Assembly (NCBI GenBank): GCA_964409015.1 | Contig: CAYPBS010000001.1 | Location: 73,007 to 137,006 of the forward strand | Direction of reading: 5' to 3' | From: an uncultured Sangeribacter sp. | GTDB taxonomy: Bacteria > Bacteroidota > Bacteroidia > Bacteroidales > Muribaculaceae | DNA length: 64,000 nt | Shown here: positions 49,946 through 60,812 of the stretch, piece by piece | Numbering within the stretch: position 1 is the first letter of the stretch | How the letters are laid out: each line of letters begins with the position of its first letter | Made by a program: the position numbers and the translations under genes | Notes under the pieces: model-generated | The model's input: the letters and a program-made list of their open reading frames with translations, nothing else | Databases searched by the model: none | Told to the model about the DNA's origin: nothing

Positions 49946-52141
49946 TCAGAGCTCTTTATACTCGGTGATATTCTTTACACCACGCTGACCGAAGTATTTC
50001 GTTATATCACCTTTCACGATCACATGTTTCTTGTACATCGAAGGATTCTTACCCAGTCCGAGAGTGTCGCGGAGACTTCCCGCCGGAATTGCACAAGGCA
50101 CGGTGTTGTCTGTCGAATTGGCATCCGCCGTCGGACCGAGGATAAAGTTGGTATTCGTGAAATCAGACGAAGGAGTATTATTGAAAGTTGCTCCGGTTGC
50201 CCAAGTCATTCCCGAAATCCAGCCTACGATATAACCCTCGATCCACACACCTGTAACATCAGATGTACTTGACTTCACCTGAGCCACGGTATAGGGATTG
50301 TCCTCCGTGCCTGTTCCTGTCGGATCCGGTGGAGTCACAGTCCCGCCACCGCCTGCCGTGGATGTGCCGATCAGAACGTCATCCACACACCATGTCGCAT
50401 AGTTGGCATCCGTAGTTGCCTCATATTGGAAACCGATATAGATCGTTCCGGAGAAACCGCTCAGATCCAGAGCCCCCGAATTTGCCCAGTCGCTGTAACC
50501 CGATGCCGGAGCAGTCGCGATTGTGGGGTGAAGTTCGGTCAGCTGGGCTGTTGCAGGATCTGACGATCCGCTCAGTACGTACACGCGGAAAGAGGTCGTT
50601 GTGGCACCATATCCGTTCACCTGTGTGCGGAAGCTCATCACCTTCTCTGTCATCTTCGCGCAATCGATTGCCGGAGAGATCAGCCAGCTGTCGAAAGGAG
50701 CAGTACCCTTATAACCTGTCATAGCTGCATAGTTATTGCCGCTGAAGGAGGTGACATACCAGCTCTTGGTACCCTTAAGCTGAACGTTAAGCCATCCGGC
50801 AGGCAGAGAAGTGGAGGAATCGAAATTCTGACTGATGGATCCTACTCCCTCTCCGGGATTCGGATTCCCTCCCTGACCCTCGATCTCGAAGGAATCTGAT
50901 GTACCGGGATTACCCAGAATACCGTTGGCACCCATGAAGGAGTCGAAATTGCCCCGTACCTTGATGGCCTTGCCGAGATTCTGAGGATTGTCGATAAGAT
51001 TTCCCTTGGCACGGAAGTCGCTGCCTTGCGGCAATGATACCACGAGACACTCCTTGTAATCTTTCACGCCGGCGGCCGAAGCGATCACGAGCGTGTTGTC
51101 CATCTCGGCCTCGGAACCCCAGATGATCTTATCGTTGCTGTCGATATCGGTAACACCGGCCTTCACGGAACCTACGATGTAGCCGCTTACCCAGCCCGAC
51201 TTACCCTGACCTTGAGCCTCTATGGACTCGGCCACGCTATAGGGATCATTCTTCTGCCCTTTGGACTCAAACATGCAATCCTCGGTGTTGCGGAGAAGGA
51301 GCTGCCATGTTCCGTTGAAATAGCTCATTATACCCATCACGTCCCCTGTACCGGCGGGAAGTGTCTCGGAATGGAAGGATGCATAATTCGAATTGCGGAC
51401 GATGATGGAGTTGCCGTTTTCGTCCAGAAGATTCCGGTTGGTGGAGGCATCATTCTCCGAATAGGGAGCGCTGCCACCAAGTTCGAAATGAACATTGCGC
51501 AGGAGAACCAGCTGGCTCTGCATCTTCTGTATATCGGCGGGTGAGGTAGGAAGACTACCGAGATCCACTACTTTTACGTACATCTTGCCGTCTTCAGGCA
51601 CTGCCTGACCCGGCTCTACGATCGTGTAGGCCGGATTGGGGAAATAATTCAGTTCTGCATGCTCTGTAAAGAGGTTGTAGTCCATGAACGAAACCTGTGG
51701 CTTACCGTTGTATTCCCCGTAACCGCCGACCTGCTGCAGGCCGCTGTACTTACCGAATCCGAGATCCGTGAGATTCACGACGATCTCCTGACCGAGACGA
51801 TAGTTGTTGTTCATGCCGGTCTGATTGATGGAGAACGCGAGAGCGGCAGTCTCGTCCTGAATCACGAGAGACTTGTAGATATTGCCGGTGGCATCCGAGC
51901 TGATGACACGACCGCGGATGATGATATCCTCCCCGTCACCTTTTTTGCCCAGTGTGATGTAATAATTATCGTCGTTCTGCCAGTTGTCTGCCTTCAACTC
52001 GGCGATGGTCGTGTTCGGGGTCATTGTGGCAGTCGGCTCTTTCAGAGGCGGCTGATCGAAGTCGTTCTGACATGATGACAATGCACCCGCTGCTATGAGC
52101 GATAGAGTGGCGGCGCCCAATATGTGCTTGAATGATTTCAT
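49946..52141 (-). CDS. Surface lipoprotein with DUF5689-like, two DUF6359-like and choice-of-anchor J-like domains
   Basis: Lipobox LSSC; 'GRVISSDATGNIYKSLVIQD'; repeated 'PY(S/T)VA...W(V/I)xGYIVG'; 'DSWLISP'. Confidence 0.75.
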   Translation of the reverse strand: MKSFKHILGAATLSLIAAGALSSCQNDFDQPPLKEPTATMTPNTTIAELKADNWQNDDNYYITLGKKGDGEDIIIRGRVISSDATGNIYKSLVIQDETAALAFSINQTGMNNNYRLGQEIVVNLTDLGFGKYSGLQQVGGYGEYNGKPQVSFMDYNLFTEHAELNYFPNPAYTIVEPGQAVPEDGKMYVKVVDLGSLPTSPADIQKMQSQLVLLRNVHFELGGSAPYSENDASTNRNLLDENGNSIIVRNSNYASFHSETLPAGTGDVMGIMSYFNGTWQLLLRNTEDCMFESKGQKNDPYSVAESIEAQGQGKSGWVSGYIVGSVKAGVTDIDSNDKIIWGSEAEMDNTLVIASAAGVKDYKECLVVSLPQGSDFRAKGNLIDNPQNLGKAIKVRGNFDSFMGANGILGNPGTSDSFEIEGQGGNPNPGEGVGSISQNFDSSTSLPAGWLNVQLKGTKSWYVTSFSGNNYAAMTGYKGTAPFDSWLISPAIDCAKMTEKVMSFRTQVNGYGATTTSFRVYVLSGSSDPATAQLTELHPTIATAPASGYSDWANSGALDLSGFSGTIYIGFQYEATTDANYATWCVDDVLIGTSTAGGGGTVTPPDPTGTGTEDNPYTVAQVKSSTSDVTGVWIEGYIVGWISGMTWATGATFNNTPSSDFTNTNFILGPTADANSTDNTVPCAIPAGSLRDTLGLGKNPSMYKKHVIVKGDITKYFGQRGVKNITEYKEL

Positions 52142-52218
52142 ATTTTGTATTGTATTTTATTTTCTTGATATGAGGTATTGATAAGGATAGAGGTGTTTGT
52201 TGTGCGGTCTAAACAATG

Positions 52219-55002
52219 TCAGAAACGTATGCCGACATTGAACCATACCTTGATTCCCTGTGCGTAAGTGATACGGTTGGCCCACTTGTCGACATTGAAG
52301 TTGGTATAATCGAATCGATTCTGCTGCTGACCGAAGACCATGATCTTTCGGTTGTTGAGGATGTTGGTCACGTTGAGATTGAAGTTGACGGACCCGAAAT
52401 GGGTGTACAGCACCTTGCCGATCGATGCATTGAGCACGAAGGCATTGTTCAGCTTATCCTGACGTGTGATTTCGTCGAGCTTGGCCTGAATGGTCTCCTG
52501 CGTGTCCCCTGCGGACACGATTCCCTCCATCTCCATGTGGCGCATCGGTGAGAGGAACATGTAAGCGTCACCCATCCACGAAGCGTTGATATTGAAGAAC
52601 CACATCTTGGGAGCCGCCCAGTCAACGGCTATGTTGTACGCCTGTTGCGGAGCACCCCCCAGATAATAATTCTTGAGGTAAACAAGAGTTTCCGTCTCGG
52701 GATAGAGACCGTTCTCGTATGAGCGGACAGCTATCGGACGGTTCTTGTATTGAGCGCGGCTCACTGTTCCAACTGCGGAAACAGTCACGGATGGAGTGAC
52801 GGCGTAAGCCATACCGAGCTCTATACCCTTGTACTCACGACGGAGATTGGTGAGCACACATGTAGAGTTTGTACCGAGCTCGTCGTCATAATAGAGCGTA
52901 TACTCAAGGCCGTTCCAAGTATCGGTCAGGTATCCCGTGAGAGATCCCCTGAAACGCTGCCAGTTCCAGACATAGCTGATGTCTCCCCCGGCGTAGCGCT
53001 CGCTTCCGAGATTGGGCACGGTGCCGTCCTTGATTCGGGCGTTGATGTAGACCTTATCGTAATAGGGCGCTTTACTTCCGTAGGCTGCGTGAGCCACAAA
53101 GTAATTCCTGCCGTCAAGTTTGTAAGTGACACCCGCTTTCAGCGCTCCGTTGTCGAAACTGTGATGCTTGCCTGTACCGTAGGAATCCTCCGGAGAGCGG
53201 CCGTTCACCATGTTTCCGTGGCGCACGAACGATGTGAACGAGACATCGAAGCCATAATTGATGTCCCAGTGGCGCGTACGTATCTGATTCTGTAGCCACG
53301 CGTTTGCACTGATCTGACGGATATTGTAGTCATATCCGATCACGTCCCCCTTGCGGGCCTTGAAATTAGGATTCAGGAGGTTGTTCTGAAGCTGAGGATC
53401 GGAGATTGAGAAATCGCGCTCGTAGAAAGTCTCGATGTCGTACCAGAATTCACCCCCGAGAAGATCGTACACGGTCTTGTAGAAATGTGAATCCGAATAG
53501 TCCACCGACAGACCGCCCTGAAGTGTCATCGAATCATTGATACGATGGTTGATGTAGGAATTGAAATAGATGCTCGTCGTATTGGTGTGGCGGGCTGACA
53601 GGATGTAGCTCGACTGACCCAGCATCTCGGGATTACGGTCGAAACTGATACTGTTCATCTTATTGGCGTAGTAGATGCCGTCCCAGTCGATCTGTGTCAC
53701 ATTGGCATTCTTCGAACGCCACAGATCCCTCTCGAAGTTATAGATGCCGAGCTGATAATCGTAGAGCGCCGTCCCCTCTTCTGCTGTAGGTGCGTAGTAA
53801 GAGGGAAGATACTTGTAGTAATCCGGACGCGGATCCGATGAGTTGCTGGTGCGGTCGAAAGATGTGGTCGACCAGCGGTTGTGGCGGAAGCCGACAGCTG
53901 TATTGACAGTCGTACCCATCTTGGGCTTCCATATCCAGTTCATGATCACGGAGGGATCGAACGTATTGCGGATTTTCGAATTACGCTTCTTGCCGTTGAA
54001 CCATCCCCATGCAGGGTTATAGAGATTCGAGCCTACGAGATCAAAGACTTCCTGATAAGAATAGCTCTGACCTCCTGACTGTGCCGGCGCCGCCCATGCG
54101 GTAAGGTTCAGGGAGTGCTGGTCGTTGAAGATCTTCTGCGCACCCAGCATGATTCCCAGAGAATTGTAGAACGTTCCTTCCACAACACCTTCCTCGCTCC
54201 AGCGACCCAGTGCCGATGCGACGAAAGCCCAGCCATGTTTATTGACTCCGGAAGCATACTGGAAGCCGGCGCGGAGCATGTAGTTGGCATTCGTGTATGT
54301 AGCGAGTCCGCGGAAACCCGGAGCGAACTCTGAGGCGTAGGTCGTATAATTCGTCGAACCGCCCAGATCGCCGAAACCGAAATTCACAGCCTCCGTCGCA
54401 ATCCCCACCGTACGGGAGCGGAATGCCGTCGAGGTCATGCCACCCAGACCGTTGAAATTGAAGCGTCCCGAACGTGAGTCGTTAAACTTGACGCCGTTCA
54501 CATATCCCGCCTGCATCTCCGAATTATAACCTCGCATACGGAAATACATCGGAGAGAAATTGTAATTGGCTTTCTGATAATAAATATCATCGGTGGCACC
54601 CATGATCGTACCAATGGTCTGATTGGAGCTTTCGTCGTCCATGATCTGAAGCTCGTCAAACAGCACATCGGAATCGAAATCGTTCGTGTCGTATCCCGCG
54701 GGAGTAAGCTTGATCACATCCAGATTCCGCATCATGCCACCGGTGATGTCGACATCCTGATAATAGTCGGCATAGCCGTTGGCGATGATCTCAAGCACAT
54801 CGGTCCCCACCTGTGCATTAGTGATCGTGAAACAACCGCTTTCGTCGGTGATCACGAGTATGCCTTGGTCGCGCAGCATCACGTTAGCGTTGGCCACAGG
54901 CTTGGAACTGGTGGCGTCTACCACTGTTCCCTTCAGACCCGTAGCTGCCATCGAAGGCAGTGCGAATGTCAGACATAGCAATATCAAAAGTCTATGTTTC
55001 AT
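52219..55002 (-). CDS. TonB-dependent receptor-like outer membrane protein
   Basis: Signal peptide; 'GTVVDA...V' N-terminal domain; plug 'FRMRGY'; C-terminal 'NVTNILN...FNVGIRF'. Confidence 0.85.
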   Translation of the reverse strand: MKHRLLILLCLTFALPSMAATGLKGTVVDATSSKPVANANVMLRDQGILVITDESGCFTITNAQVGTDVLEIIANGYADYYQDVDITGGMMRNLDVIKLTPAGYDTNDFDSDVLFDELQIMDDESSNQTIGTIMGATDDIYYQKANYNFSPMYFRMRGYNSEMQAGYVNGVKFNDSRSGRFNFNGLGGMTSTAFRSRTVGIATEAVNFGFGDLGGSTNYTTYASEFAPGFRGLATYTNANYMLRAGFQYASGVNKHGWAFVASALGRWSEEGVVEGTFYNSLGIMLGAQKIFNDQHSLNLTAWAAPAQSGGQSYSYQEVFDLVGSNLYNPAWGWFNGKKRNSKIRNTFDPSVIMNWIWKPKMGTTVNTAVGFRHNRWSTTSFDRTSNSSDPRPDYYKYLPSYYAPTAEEGTALYDYQLGIYNFERDLWRSKNANVTQIDWDGIYYANKMNSISFDRNPEMLGQSSYILSARHTNTTSIYFNSYINHRINDSMTLQGGLSVDYSDSHFYKTVYDLLGGEFWYDIETFYERDFSISDPQLQNNLLNPNFKARKGDVIGYDYNIRQISANAWLQNQIRTRHWDINYGFDVSFTSFVRHGNMVNGRSPEDSYGTGKHHSFDNGALKAGVTYKLDGRNYFVAHAAYGSKAPYYDKVYINARIKDGTVPNLGSERYAGGDISYVWNWQRFRGSLTGYLTDTWNGLEYTLYYDDELGTNSTCVLTNLRREYKGIELGMAYAVTPSVTVSAVGTVSRAQYKNRPIAVRSYENGLYPETETLVYLKNYYLGGAPQQAYNIAVDWAAPKMWFFNINASWMGDAYMFLSPMRHMEMEGIVSAGDTQETIQAKLDEITRQDKLNNAFVLNASIGKVLYTHFGSVNFNLNVTNILNNRKIMVFGQQQNRFDYTNFNVDKWANRITYAQGIKVWFNVGIRF

Positions 55003-55044
55003 ATTAGGTTGGATTAGTTATTGCAAAATTTCTTGATACAGATG

Positions 55045-56094
55045 TCAGTTGGACTCTATCCCGAGGAAAATCTCTGTCGGGAAATGATCCGAATATCCCC
55101 CGATGAAAGCCCCCTCGGAGAACGTCCGGAAAGGATATCCCTTGTACCTCCCGTCGGGCTGCTTGAGGAATTCCTCGTTGCACACACGGGCACTCAGGAA
55201 TCTCAGCCCCGTCAGCGGATTGTTGACCAGATTGTAGTTGACGACTATCTGGTCGAACAGATCCCATTTTCCCCGATAGATATAGGAGCCTATCCCCTTG
55301 TCCAGAAGCTTGTAGAATGGATTGAAGAACTGCCCCGGCTGAGTCTCCTCGATGCTCTTCTTCGCCTCGATAACCTCCGTCAGACTCTTGTCGTAAGGAG
55401 AGTCGTTGAGGTCCCCCATCATGATGATGCCGATATTGGGGTCGATCTTCAGCAGAGAATCAGAAATCTCGCGTGTCAGCTCGGCGGCAGCCTTGCGAAG
55501 GTAATACGACTGCTCGGTGCCTCCGCGGCGCGATGGCCAGTGATTGACGATCACAGCCACACGCTTCCCTCCGAGAAGACCAACCACACACATCTGATCG
55601 CGTGTGCGGAACCAAGGCATGCTGTCGATCTTCAGCACATGATTGCTCACACGCAGAGGACGGAACATCTTCGGATTGTAAAGCAGACTCACGTCTATAC
55701 CGCGACGGTCCGGAGAATCATGATGTATAACCTGATAATTACGGGCAGCAATCTGCGGATCAGAAACCAGATCCATAAGCACGGACTTGTTTTCCACCTC
55801 ACTCACGCCTATCAGGGCCGGGCCCTCCGGTGTCGTCTTTGTGTTTAGCTTGGATATGGCGTAGGCCATGTTGTGGATCTTCTGCTTGTAGCGCTTCCCA
55901 TCCCAGCGGTTCTTCCCTTCCGGAGAAAACTCGTGGTCATATTTTCCATTGTTGTTGATGGTGTCAAACAGATTCTCGAGGTTGTAGAACATGACGCCGT
56001 AGACTCGCATACGCTTCCCGTCTGCCTCAGCCACTAAAGCCGAAAACATCACTATCAGCGCTACTAACGGCAGCATCAATAGTTTGCGATTCAT
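55045..56094 (-). CDS. Exported endonuclease/exonuclease/phosphatase (EEP) family nuclease
   Basis: FYNLENLFDT, EVEN, NHWPSR, MGDLND, FDQI, GYSDHFP. Confidence 0.9.
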   Translation of the reverse strand: MNRKLLMLPLVALIVMFSALVAEADGKRMRVYGVMFYNLENLFDTINNNGKYDHEFSPEGKNRWDGKRYKQKIHNMAYAISKLNTKTTPEGPALIGVSEVENKSVLMDLVSDPQIAARNYQVIHHDSPDRRGIDVSLLYNPKMFRPLRVSNHVLKIDSMPWFRTRDQMCVVGLLGGKRVAVIVNHWPSRRGGTEQSYYLRKAAAELTREISDSLLKIDPNIGIIMMGDLNDSPYDKSLTEVIEAKKSIEETQPGQFFNPFYKLLDKGIGSYIYRGKWDLFDQIVVNYNLVNNPLTGLRFLSARVCNEEFLKQPDGRYKGYPFRTFSEGAFIGGYSDHFPTEIFLGIESN

Positions 56095-56318
56095 CCTTAT
56101 TTTATCTTTACTTGGTAATTAGATTTCTCTCTTTCAGCATGTTCCGGCACTCCGGTCGCCCTCATCGGCAAGCCCGGGCAAATAAGCACAGAACACACCG
56201 CGAATATAATAATTTTTTGTCAACAAATATATAATCGCGTTAAAAAAAGAAAAAATCACCCCTCGACGCACCTCTTCATCCCCAAGGCACCTCTTCTGAC
56301 CGACCTCACCCCCGCCAC

Positions 56319-56425
56319 CCAAAACTCATCTCATCAGACCGAACTCTCCTCCTTATCCAAAACTCATCCCATCAGAACGTAATCTCCCCATCAGATTAGA
56401 CTCTCCTCACTTTCCGGCTTATCCA
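56319..56425. repeat. Degenerate short direct repeats
   Basis: ccaaaactcatc(t/c)catcaga at 56319 and 56357; further catcaga, actctcctc and cttatcca copies. Confidence 0.5.
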
Positions 56426-56537
56426 CAACCGCAAAACAAAGCGGACTCCCGATGCCCGCCGACATCAGGAGTCCTCTCTCAAATATATCAAAAATTTATC
56501 TTCTAATATTGTGTGTCTCTTGTGTGTCCTTCCACTA

Positions 56538-57230
56538 TTACTTCAGGTTGCCATTCTCCGCATCCTGAATCATCTTCTGGCTGGCATACACGTAGATTTC
56601 TACACGACGATTCTGAGCCCGACCCTCGGGAGTATCGTTGGAAGCAACGTAATCCTGCATGGGAAGTCCCTGCGCGAAGAGGCGGCTACCGCTCACTCCG
56701 CTGTTGATCAGGTACTGCATCACGGCATCAGCGCGATTCGTTGAAACCTTCGTGTTGATATCAAGACCACCGGTATTGTCAGTGTAACCGATGATGCGCA
56801 CGTCCGTAAGAGGATTCTGAAGCAACGAAGCTGCAAACTCGCTGAGCTCGGTCTTCGCATTCTGGTTAAGTGTCCACTTGCCGGTGGGGAAAAGGATTCC
56901 GCCGGGGAAAGTCACCTTGATTGCCTGAAGGCCATTCGAGTCGGTCGTCTTCTCAACCTCAGCATTCTTAAGCTGCTCCTCGAGCTCCTTCTGCTGCTTG
57001 TCCATCTTATTACCGATAAGCGCACCGACGCCTGCACCTACGGCCGCGCCGATTCCGGCACCGATTCCGGCGCCCTTGCCGCCTCCGATCAGCGCACCGA
57101 TACCTGCGCCTACGCCGGCACCGCCGCCTCCACCGATGAGTGCGCCTTTACCGGTCTTGCTCATTCCGCAAGATGAGAGTACGAGGGTGGCGCAAAGCCC
57201 AAGTGCTACAAAAGTCTTCTTCATATTCAT
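56538..57230 (-). CDS. OmpA-family lipoprotein with glycine zipper
   Basis: Lipobox LSSC; GAxIG zipper; GYTDNTG, NRRVEI. Confidence 0.92.
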   Translation of the reverse strand: MNMKKTFVALGLCATLVLSSCGMSKTGKGALIGGGGGAGVGAGIGALIGGGKGAGIGAGIGAAVGAGVGALIGNKMDKQQKELEEQLKNAEVEKTTDSNGLQAIKVTFPGGILFPTGKWTLNQNAKTELSEFAASLLQNPLTDVRIIGYTDNTGGLDINTKVSTNRADAVMQYLINSGVSGSRLFAQGLPMQDYVASNDTPEGRAQNRRVEIYVYASQKMIQDAENGNLK

Positions 57231-57355
57231 ACCTGTAGTTTTTTATGAGTGAATGTAAAAATTTGTTAACAAAAATAATTTCTCCATTTTCGTGGATTTA
57301 ATCTATAAACCGCTCCGGAGACATAAAAGTTCTTCAACTCAAAAATTTTTCTCTC

Positions 57356-57420
57356 CCGAAGCCGAAAGCCGAAGTCAAAAGCCGAAGCCGAAAGCCGAAA
57401 TCGAAAGCCGAAATCGAAAC
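57356..57420. repeat. Five tandem 13-bp repeats
   Basis: ccgaagccgaaag / ccgaagtcaaaag / ccgaagccgaaag / ccgaaatcgaaag / ccgaaatcgaaac. Confidence 0.8.
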
Positions 57421-57441
57421 ACCTTCATCTGATTCCGAAGT

Positions 57442-57491
57442 AAAAAACGAGATCCCGCTCCGTCGTCAGATTTTTCGGAGCGGGATCTCGT
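57442..57491 (-). terminator. secDF terminator
   Basis: acgagatcccgctccg...cggagcgggatctcgt 16-bp stem with U-tract on the minus strand. Confidence 0.8.
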
Positions 57492-57546
57492 CTAAGATAT
57501 TAATCACTTCTTCTCTTATCGGATGTAAGAGATCTTGAAGGAAGGA

Positions 57547-60513
57547 TTAGCGTTTCAGGCGCTCGGAAGCCATTGCGGCTGCGAGCTTGCCATCCTTCTT
57601 GGAGGCATTTTTCTTACGCGAAAGAATCATGTAAGCGACCGGAGCAGCCAAGTACAAAGTGCAGAATGTACCGATTACCACACCGAAGATCATCGCGAAG
57701 GTAAAGGAGCGGATGACGTCACCGCCGAGGATGAAGATGCACAGAAGCACGAGCAGCGTGGAGAGTGAAGTCATCACCGTACGAGTCAGCGTCGTGTTAA
57801 GCGAACGATTGAATATCGTCTTCTTGTCCTCCTTCGGGTAGAGCTTCAGCATCTCGCGCACGCGGTCGAATACAACCACCGTGTCATTGATCTGATAACC
57901 GATGATTGTCAATATAGCCGCTATGAACGACTGGTCGATCTCCATGGAGAAGGGCAGGAAGCCCCAGCATACGGAGTAGAAGCCGATAATCAGGAACGCC
58001 GTCATGGCCACAGCGCATACGGCACCGACGGAGAAGGCGACATTGCGGAAGCGCAGAAGGATGTAGAGGAACATGCAGACAACTGCAAGGCCGACAGCGA
58101 TGTAGGCATCACGCTTCATCTGGTCAGCCACGGAAGGTCCGACTTTCTGTACCGATGCGATACCGAATTCCTCGTCGCTGACGTCAAACTGTTCGCGGGA
58201 CATCATCTTGCCGTTGACGGTAAGCTCATTCTTCAAACCATCGTAAAGGAGATTCGAGATCTCGGTGTCGACATCCTCACCGGCCTTAAGTTCATTGTCC
58301 TTGATCTTATAGTTGGTGGAGATACGTACCTTGCGGTTGTTGTCGATGGTGATGACAGTGACCGAAACCGGCTCGTTGATACCGGCCTGCTTGGCGGCGT
58401 CGTTGAATACTTTCTCGAGTTTGGCATCTATCTCCTGCGGATTGACATCCTTCTGGAAGCTTACGATGTAGTTGCGACCACCGGAGAAGTCGATACCCTG
58501 ATTCATTCCGCGGACAATAAGCGAAGCTACGGAACCGAGTACAAGGATGATCCATACGATAAGAGCCGGGCGGAAACCTCCGAGGAAGTTGAAGGTCTTC
58601 TTGCTCTTGAAGGCGCGGGAAATCGGAGTGGTGAAGGTCATTCCGGCATTGCGTCCGTTGGCTGTGATGAGCTCAAAGGCAATACGCGTGAGGAACACGG
58701 CCGTAAAGAAGGAGCAAACGAGACCGATGATGAGCGTCGTAGCAAATCCGAGGATCACACCCGAACCGAAGATTATGAGGATGATACCGGTGATGATCGA
58801 AGTGAGGTTACCGTCGAAGATCGCGGAGAAGGCGTTGCTGTAGCCGTCCGCGATAGCGGCACGCAGTTTCTTGCCTTGCGCGAGCTCTTCCTTCGTACGC
58901 TCAAAGATAAGCACATTGGCATCCACAGCCATACCCATGGCGAGCACGATACCGGCGATACCGGAAAGTGTCAGAGTTGCTTGCAGAGATGCGAGAATAC
59001 CGAATGTGAAATAGAGATTGAGCATGATTCCGATGTTGGCCACGAGACCGGGAATGATGCCGTAGAAAGCGATCATGAATATCATCAGCACCACGAGGGC
59101 AACGATGAAGGACGTGAAGCCTTTCTCGATAGCCTGAGCACCCAGAGAGGGACCGATCACCTCGGAGCTGACCACACGCACATTAGCGTCCATCTTGCCG
59201 GACTTAAGGAGCTGCGCGAGATCGTTGGCCTCCTCGGGTGTAAACTTACCTGTGATCTCGGAGCTTCCGCCCGTGATCTGAGTGTTAACCGTGGGATAGG
59301 AATATACTTCATCATCGAGCACGATGGCGATGGAGCGTCCGATGTTATCTTTCGTGATCACGGACCAGTCCTGCGCGCCCTTGTCGCTCATGCGCATGTT
59401 GACAACGTTGCCGCGCATGGCGTCATGCTCGGATGTTGCTGATGTGACCGCGTCACCCTGCAGACGGGGCTGACCCTGAAGGGCCACGAGCTCGAAGTAA
59501 GCCTCTTTACCTTTGCGGGCGGGGAGCTCATGGGATGTGGCCTTGTTGCTCCACACGAGAGTAAGGTCACTGCGGAGATCGGAAGCCTGCGGGCTGCGGA
59601 GAATCTCGTTGACAGCTGCCGTATCGGAGCGCGACACGTAGCCTACGACAGGACCTTTGGCGTAGCCTCTGGCCGCGAAGTAGTCGTTAAGGGTCTTCTT
59701 GCCTTCGTTAGCCTTGGCATATTCCGCGCTGAGATTCTCGATCTCGCCGGCAATCTCGTCGAGATTGAACACCTCGAAGAACTGCAGATTGGCGCTTGAC
59801 TTGAGAAGACGGGTCATCTGCTCGGGATCCTTGACGCCGGGGAGCTCCAGAAGGATCTGCCCGCGCTTGCCCTCGATTTTCTGGATATTGGGCGAGACGA
59901 CACCGAATTTATCGATACGGTTGCGGAACACATTGAAGGCATCGTCAACCGCACGGTCAACCTGCTCCTCAAGGAGTTTCGTCACCTCTTTATTAGAAGA
60001 TTTCTTATTGATTTTCTCAAGATACTCACCCTTACGCACGAAGAGGTCGGCCATGGTGCCGTCCTGAAATTGCGATGCGAATTTCTGGATAAAATCGTCG
60101 TCGGAAGGTTTGGTCGATGATGTGAATTCTCCGTCGGGAGTCACAGCCTTGATTGCGGCGTTCACCTTGTCGAGTTGATCCGGCTTAGCGTAGGAACGAA
60201 GAAGATCCGTGACGGGCACTTCAAGGACGAGGTTCATACCTCCCTTCAGGTCGAGTCCCAGACCCATCTCCATTTTCTTCACCTGAGCGTAGGTGTAGCC
60301 CAGATACACTTTCTCCTGATCAAGCGAGTCCATGTACGCCTTACGCGCGTCTTTGTAGGCTTGGTTAGTCGTATCGCCGGTCTTTGCGATGGCCGCAGCG
60401 TAGGCATCGGCCTCTTTCTCATATTTCTTCGTCACAAAAGAGAACGAGATATAGAAAGCGCAAATCAAAATCAAAAGGACCGCGATAGTGCTTATAAACC
60501 CTTTGTTTTGCAT
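57547..60513 (-). CDS. secDF: Protein translocase subunit SecDF (fused)
   Basis: LGLDLKGG, GPSLG, GMAVDANVLIFER, GIDFSGG, INDTVVVFDRVRE. Confidence 0.97.
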   Translation of the reverse strand: MQNKGFISTIAVLLILICAFYISFSFVTKKYEKEADAYAAAIAKTGDTTNQAYKDARKAYMDSLDQEKVYLGYTYAQVKKMEMGLGLDLKGGMNLVLEVPVTDLLRSYAKPDQLDKVNAAIKAVTPDGEFTSSTKPSDDDFIQKFASQFQDGTMADLFVRKGEYLEKINKKSSNKEVTKLLEEQVDRAVDDAFNVFRNRIDKFGVVSPNIQKIEGKRGQILLELPGVKDPEQMTRLLKSSANLQFFEVFNLDEIAGEIENLSAEYAKANEGKKTLNDYFAARGYAKGPVVGYVSRSDTAAVNEILRSPQASDLRSDLTLVWSNKATSHELPARKGKEAYFELVALQGQPRLQGDAVTSATSEHDAMRGNVVNMRMSDKGAQDWSVITKDNIGRSIAIVLDDEVYSYPTVNTQITGGSSEITGKFTPEEANDLAQLLKSGKMDANVRVVSSEVIGPSLGAQAIEKGFTSFIVALVVLMIFMIAFYGIIPGLVANIGIMLNLYFTFGILASLQATLTLSGIAGIVLAMGMAVDANVLIFERTKEELAQGKKLRAAIADGYSNAFSAIFDGNLTSIITGIILIIFGSGVILGFATTLIIGLVCSFFTAVFLTRIAFELITANGRNAGMTFTTPISRAFKSKKTFNFLGGFRPALIVWIILVLGSVASLIVRGMNQGIDFSGGRNYIVSFQKDVNPQEIDAKLEKVFNDAAKQAGINEPVSVTVITIDNNRKVRISTNYKIKDNELKAGEDVDTEISNLLYDGLKNELTVNGKMMSREQFDVSDEEFGIASVQKVGPSVADQMKRDAYIAVGLAVVCMFLYILLRFRNVAFSVGAVCAVAMTAFLIIGFYSVCWGFLPFSMEIDQSFIAAILTIIGYQINDTVVVFDRVREMLKLYPKEDKKTIFNRSLNTTLTRTVMTSLSTLLVLLCIFILGGDVIRSFTFAMIFGVVIGTFCTLYLAAPVAYMILSRKKNASKKDGKLAAAMASERLKR

Positions 60514-60812
60514 TGTGTTGGTAGATTAATATTTATTTATTTTTTAATTTATTCGAGTGGATAAATTATCAGCTCGCAAATATAACTCTTTTTTTTTACC
60601 TATCGGCAATCTTTATCTCAAAAAAAATCCTAATCCTGCTCTAAAGCATGTTTCCCCGCAGCTCTTGGACTTCACTGCGCCGGCGACACGCGAAAGACTC
60701 ATCACGGCCGTTGTATAAACATAACTTTTCCCTTTCCGCGGGTATTTTTCATCCCGTCCGGAGCAGTTCCTTGGCTCCCGTACACCTTTTTTTATTAACT
60801 TTGCCCCGAAAA

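Noticed and set aside
56319-56425. Degenerate repeats as a functional element
   Set aside because: Short, irregular and low-complexity, with no supporting structure
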